IMG/VR virus record: IMGVR_UViG_3300050154_000047
Strand: one strand, 5' to 3'
DNA: 45,867 nt
Source of the DNA: a virus
Part shown: in pieces, positions 43,287 through 45,867 of the stretch
Layout of the letters: every line of letters starts with the position of its first letter
Numbering within the stretch: the stretch's first letter is position 1
Position numbers and translations under genes: made by a program
Notes under the pieces: generated by a model
What the model saw: only the letters and a program-made list of their open reading frames with translations
Told to the model about the DNA's origin: nothing
Databases searched by the model: none

Positions 43287-43316
43287 AGCATACCACACGA
43301 ATTGTTCGTTCCACAA
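43287..43316 (-). promoter_or_regulatory. candidate promoter with an embedded palindromic operator
   Basis: Minus strand TTGTGG-N18-TATGCT. The spacer contains the palindrome ACGAA-TTG-TTCGT (43297-43309). Confidence 0.35.
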
Positions 43317-43412
43317 CGACCACCAACAAAGGGCGCAGGTTTGCGAGGCTGGAACGTACATGGAACCGCGGAACACCCAATATCCATGCGGGTTTGCGGG
43401 CAGTTGGGGTGC

Positions 43413-43435
43413 AAAAAAGACCCCGAAAACGGGGT
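43413..43435 (-). terminator. intrinsic terminator (minus strand) inside the ORF-free island
   Basis: Minus strand ACCCCG-tttt-CGGGGT followed by CTTTTTTGC. Confidence 0.7.
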
Positions 43436-43501
43436 GTTCCAAATTCCAGTGCGAGTTGTATAAAATCCGTTTTAGGTAAATACGTGTGTGTTTTAAGTAT
43501 A

Positions 43502-43515
43502 TGTGTGTACACACA
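43502..43515. promoter_or_regulatory. perfect 14-bp palindrome TGTGTGTACACACA
   Basis: Read directly. Flanked by inverted AAGTATA (43495-43501) and TATACTT (43524-43530). Confidence 0.8.
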
Positions 43516-43553
43516 GCTTTACCTATACTTGGTTTTTATGATTTATCTAGTAG

Positions 43554-43583
43554 ACAAAGAGAACAAAGAGAACAACTAAGAGA
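43554..43583. repeat. iteron-like tandem ACAAAGAGA-ACAAAGAGA-ACAActaAGAGA
   Basis: Read directly. Inverted TGTTCT copies lie at 43611-43616 and 43633-43638. Confidence 0.8.
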
Positions 43584-43644
43584 TTTCCCTTTGAAAAAGC
43601 CAAAAAATTGTGTTCTAAAAACCGTCTAGGTTTGTTCTGTTTAA

Positions 43645-43658
43645 GTGCCTAGCCCTAG
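43645..43658. repeat. CTAG-rich motif copy d (GTGCCTAGCCCTAG)
   Basis: Read directly. Confidence 0.85.
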
Positions 43659-43689
43659 AAGGTATCGCGCGTGGGGCTGGGTAGGAGGT

Positions 43690-43703
43690 TTGCCTCGCCC
43701 TAG
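43690..43703. repeat. CTAG-rich motif copy c (TTGCCTCGCCCTAG, degenerate)
   Basis: Read directly. 12 of 14 positions match copy d. Confidence 0.6.
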
Positions 43704-43790
43704 ATGGTTTGGGCGTAGGGCTTTGAAGGATGTGTAGGCCTGGGTTTGTGTGGCGTGCGGGTGGATCACTTTGTGTGGTTTGACCCCCGC

Positions 43791-43817
43791 AAAAGAAAAA
43801 GCCCGCATATAGCGGGC
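43791..43817 (-). terminator. intrinsic terminator ending the early acidic-protein operon
   Basis: Minus strand GCCCGC-tatat-GCGGGC followed by TTTTTCTTTT, about 40 nt after the stop at 43858. Confidence 0.75.
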
Positions 43818-43844
43818 GTGTGGGTGGTTTTCGGGTGGTTTGGG

Positions 43845-43865
43845 TGCTCAGCCCTAGTTAGTGAC
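43845..43865. repeat. CTAG-rich motif copy b (GTGCTCAGCCCTAGTTAGTGA)
   Basis: Read directly. Contains the TAA stop of the 43858..44022 ORF on the minus strand. Confidence 0.85.
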
Positions 43866-44022
43866 CTTGTTGCATCGTGTAGCGGATAAAGGCGGCTTCT
43901 TTTCGGGTTTCGTCGTTTTCGTAGGATTCCACCAGGTCCCAAAATTCGGGGTTATTAGGACTTACGTCCTCCAAAGCGTCTATCCGGCACTTTTCAGCAT
44001 ACCAGTCGTCAAAGGTAAGCAT
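43858..44022 (-). CDS. hypothetical 54-aa acidic protein
   Basis: Not in the track. Translated codon by codon: MLTFDDWYAEKCRIDALEDVSPNNPEFWDLVESYENDETRKEAAFIRYTMQQGH. TGATG junction with the upstream ORF. Confidence 0.5.
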   Translation of the reverse strand: MLTFDDWYAEKCRIDALEDVSPNNPEFWDLVESYENDETRKEAAFIRYTMQQGH

Positions 44023-44186
44023 CAGTTACCCCCGCGCTTAGGGCTTGGCAGAGATCCCGATAGATAGGCGTCTACGTCTTGCCTAACTTCTGCCAAGGTT
44101 CCCCAACGTGAACGCAAGGGGAAATCAACCCTCCAGTCTTGGAAAGTTTTGCCGCGAAGCAACGTAAACCCGCGATATGTTTTCAT
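44022..44186 (-). CDS. hypothetical 54-aa protein
   Basis: Not in the track. Strong RBS (AAGGAGAG) 6 nt upstream of ATG 44186. MKTYRGFTLLRGKTFQDWRVDFPLRSRWGTLAEVRQDVDAYLSG... Confidence 0.55.
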   Translation of the reverse strand: MKTYRGFTLLRGKTFQDWRVDFPLRSRWGTLAEVRQDVDAYLSGSLPSPKRGGN

Positions 44187-44217
44187 AACTGTCTCTCCTT
44201 CAATTCAATAAACAAAA

Positions 44218-44238
44218 GTGCCTAGCCCTAGTTAGTGG
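44218..44238. repeat. CTAG-rich motif copy a (GTGCCTAGCCCTAGTTAGTGG)
   Basis: Read directly, in the 63-nt gap between two early genes. Confidence 0.85.
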
Positions 44239-44249
44239 GCTGGAGCGGG

Positions 44250-44603
44250 TCAACCGTAGATGTATCCGTCATCACCCACATACAAATAGACTTCGCCGTA
44301 GTGCTTTGAAGCCTTGGTAAGGGCTTCGCCTATTTCACCCAGTCCGCGGTCCCAAAAACCTGCGCCATGGCCGTTACGGGTAAGCCAAAAATCGTGCCCT
44401 ATCTGTTCATCGCTCAGGCCGGATTCTTCTAAGGCTTCAGCATTGGATTCGATGAAGTCTGCGCAGTCACTGCGCATGGATTCGAGGGTTTCTGGTGCGA
44501 TGTCATCCGAGGTGTAGACAGCATCCAAAGGTTCCCCGTCATCCTGGGTGGATGACCAAAGGGCGCAAATAGCATAATGGTGCAGGACCGTTTCGAGTTT
44601 CAT
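44250..44603 (-). CDS. hypothetical acidic early protein, 117 aa
   Basis: Track ORF. ...ICALWSSTQDDGEPLD...GHDFWLTRNGHGAGFWDRGLGE... No family name recalled with confidence. Confidence 0.65.
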   Translation of the reverse strand: MKLETVLHHYAICALWSSTQDDGEPLDAVYTSDDIAPETLESMRSDCADFIESNAEALEESGLSDEQIGHDFWLTRNGHGAGFWDRGLGEIGEALTKASKHYGEVYLYVGDDGYIYG

Positions 44604-44636
44604 GGTTTCCCCTTCAAAATTGGCAACATTGCCCGC

Positions 44637-44663
44637 AATGCACCCTGGGTGACAAGGTGCATT
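44637..44663. other. perfect 8-bp inverted repeat AATGCACC-N11-GGTGCATT in an intergenic gap
   Basis: Read directly. Confidence 0.7.
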
Positions 44664-44668
44664 AGGGG

Positions 44669-45037
44669 TTAGCTGACGGCCTTGAGGTTTGTAGAGTGAA
44701 TAGCCCCCGCAAACTTAGCCCACTCTTTCCGCGCCTCAGACACTGCCGAAGAAACCATATCTCTGAAATAGCTTCCGTATTTCCCCTGGGCGCCCACATG
44801 GTCTCTGAAGTCTTCTGGGTTTGCGTAAATTGAACCCCCTAACCAATCTTCACCCAGTACCGCGCCGGTAGCTTTGTGTGTAACAGTAATGCGGGAACTG
44901 AAGCACTCCCATTCGCCACTTCGTACTTTTTCGGCAGTCTCCCCGGTCTCGTCAAAACTAAAATCGCAATCGTAGTCTGGTTCAATAGCCCACTCCAATA
45001 CGAAGTTTTTAGTCTTGAATTTGTACATTGTTTGCAT
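44669..45037 (-). CDS. hypothetical early protein, 122 aa
   Basis: Track ORF. ...DYDCDFSFDETGE...LGGSIYANPEDFRDH... No family recognised. Confidence 0.65.
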   Translation of the reverse strand: MQTMYKFKTKNFVLEWAIEPDYDCDFSFDETGETAEKVRSGEWECFSSRITVTHKATGAVLGEDWLGGSIYANPEDFRDHVGAQGKYGSYFRDMVSSAVSEARKEWAKFAGAIHSTNLKAVS

Positions 45038-45075
45038 GGTTTCCCTCTTTCATCAATCAAGGCAATAGCGCCTAC

Positions 45076-45098
45076 ACATGCCCACGGTATGGGCATGT
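45076..45098. other. 9-bp inverted repeat ACATGCCCA-cggta-TGGGCATGT in an intergenic gap
   Basis: Read directly. Confidence 0.7.
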
Positions 45099-45105
45099 AT
45101 CGGGG

Positions 45106-45363
45106 TTATCGTTCGTCAGTCTGAAAACGCAGACAATCTGCGTCTGTATCTGCGTCGTATTCGCGTATGAATGCACACGTGGCGCCCGATTTACTGTCAT
45201 ATCTGTCGCAACCCACATTGCGCCAATTGAGGCCCGATAGGCGAGAGAGTTTGTTAGCAGCGCCTCGGGCTGTTTTTGCCCGCAATACGTGGCGGGTAAC
45301 CCACGAATAGTTAGCCTCACCTCCGTAAACGTCTGTTATCTCAATGAAAAATAGGGGTTTCAT
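45106..45363 (-). CDS. hypothetical early protein, 85 aa
   Basis: Track ORF trimmed to ATG 45363 (GGAG 7 nt upstream). MKPLFFIEITDVYGGEANYSWVTRHVLRAKTARGAANKLSRLSG... Confidence 0.6.
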   Translation of the reverse strand: MKPLFFIEITDVYGGEANYSWVTRHVLRAKTARGAANKLSRLSGLNWRNVGCDRYDSKSGATCAFIREYDADTDADCLRFQTDER

Positions 45364-45442
45364 GGTTTCATACTCCAAAATTGAACGATCAAGGGTGCGG
45401 TCAGAATGGCCGCAAGGGTTAGGGCTTCGAGTAGAGAGCGCA

Positions 45443-45775
45443 TTAGAAGGCCGAGCAGTAAACGAAGCCGGTTTCGGTTTCGCCACAATACGCAGTGTTG
45501 TCCAGTAGCCAACTGCGCACCTCTTCGCGTTTTGCGTCGTCGTCTTCGCATTCGCTCACGTCAATCTGATAGGCGTCAATGATTTGTTGCACGGTGTCGT
45601 GCGAGTAGTCGCAACACAAAGCGATTACATCAAGCTCAAGCTCTTCGCCGGTGGAATCTTCAAGCTCTTCTAAGTATTCAAATAGCACGCGAAGCCCGTC
45701 ATATCCGAAGTTTTCAACGCGGTTGTAATTCTCGAATGCCTGTTCGAACAGTGAGCGGTCAATTGTTTGTTTCAT
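45443..45775 (-). CDS. strongly acidic early protein, 110 aa (DNA-mimic / anti-restriction candidate)
   Basis: Track ORF. By my count about 28 Asp+Glu against 7 Lys+Arg. ...LFEYLEELEDSTGEELELDVIALCCDY...SECEDDDAKREE... Confidence 0.65.
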   Translation of the reverse strand: MKQTIDRSLFEQAFENYNRVENFGYDGLRVLFEYLEELEDSTGEELELDVIALCCDYSHDTVQQIIDAYQIDVSECEDDDAKREEVRSWLLDNTAYCGETETGFVYCSAF

Positions 45776-45867
45776 GGTGTTTCTCTCTTTCGTTTGTTAA
45801 GGGGTTATTTCTTTGGAGCCAGTACAGCGGCCCACCGTGCACGTTCAGCGGCGAGGGCTTGCGCCCG
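45741..45867. repeat. second copy of the 127-nt terminal overlap
   Basis: Identical to 1..127 by direct reading. Confidence 0.95.

Noticed and set aside
43275-43579. Track ORFs in the AT-rich island (43275..43514 and 43285..43512 minus, 43394..43579 plus) and the 259-aa plus-strand ORF 42684..43463.
   Set aside because: They read through an intrinsic terminator and the palindrome. Their products are low-complexity (YLK/ICV runs or R/G/H/W-rich) and they lack an RBS. The opposite-strand 87-aa ORFs are far more protein-like.
1-45867. CRISPR arrays, tRNA/rRNA genes, IS elements or transposases, phage RNA polymerase and toxin-antitoxin pairs with recognisable toxins.
   Set aside because: I saw no regularly spaced direct repeats with spacers, no cloverleaf-compatible sequence, no transposase or DDE motifs and no large RNAP-like ORF. 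The AbiEi-like wHTH has no nucleotidyltransferase partner.

Overview
The window is a complete, circularly closed phage genome. The first 127 nt are identical to the last 127 nt (assembly overlap), leaving about 45.74 kb of unique sequence. Gene content reads as a temperate podovirus with a BPP-1/T7-type virion module. The plus strand (511-27052) carries terS, terL, portal, a run of tiny genes, a scaffold-like protein, major capsid protein and a Bbp16-like cement protein. These are followed by unassigned structural genes, gp11/gp12-like adaptor and nozzle, internal ejection proteins (one with a lytic transglycosylase motif), tail fibre and a lysis block (GH24 lysozyme, 3-TM holin-like protein). 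The minus strand runs from 386 through the wrap point down to 27049. It starts with an early operon of small, mostly acidic proteins, then a ~0.6 kb ORF-free island bracketed by two intrinsic terminators, then small HTH regulators. Next come a RuvC-like resolvase, an outer-membrane beta-barrel moron, many ATGA-coupled small genes, SNF2 helicase and a MazG/DUF5664-like pyrophosphohydrolase. The arm ends with a DUF2800-like nuclease, DUF2815-like SSB, family A DNA polymerase, PrimPol-helicase, an excisionase-like HTH and a P4-type tyrosine integrase that finishes tail-to-tail with the holin. I saw no tRNA, rRNA, CRISPR array, reverse transcriptase or phage RNA polymerase. All family names come from motif recognition by eye, not from searches. 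The most interesting unexplained signals are: (1) the ORF-free island at 43263-43857, with two same-sense terminators, an AT-rich palindrome/iteron core and no classical cI/cro pair anywhere; (2) a CTAG-rich 14-21-mer present four times; (3) a 26-nt translation-initiation cassette repeated in front of three consecutive genes; (4) a 487-aa protein that looks like tandem copies of the cement-protein jellyroll, followed by a 401-aa protein with six 23/26-aa repeats and a poly-Arg tail; (5) an early operon of acidic proteins that are candidate anti-defence factors.
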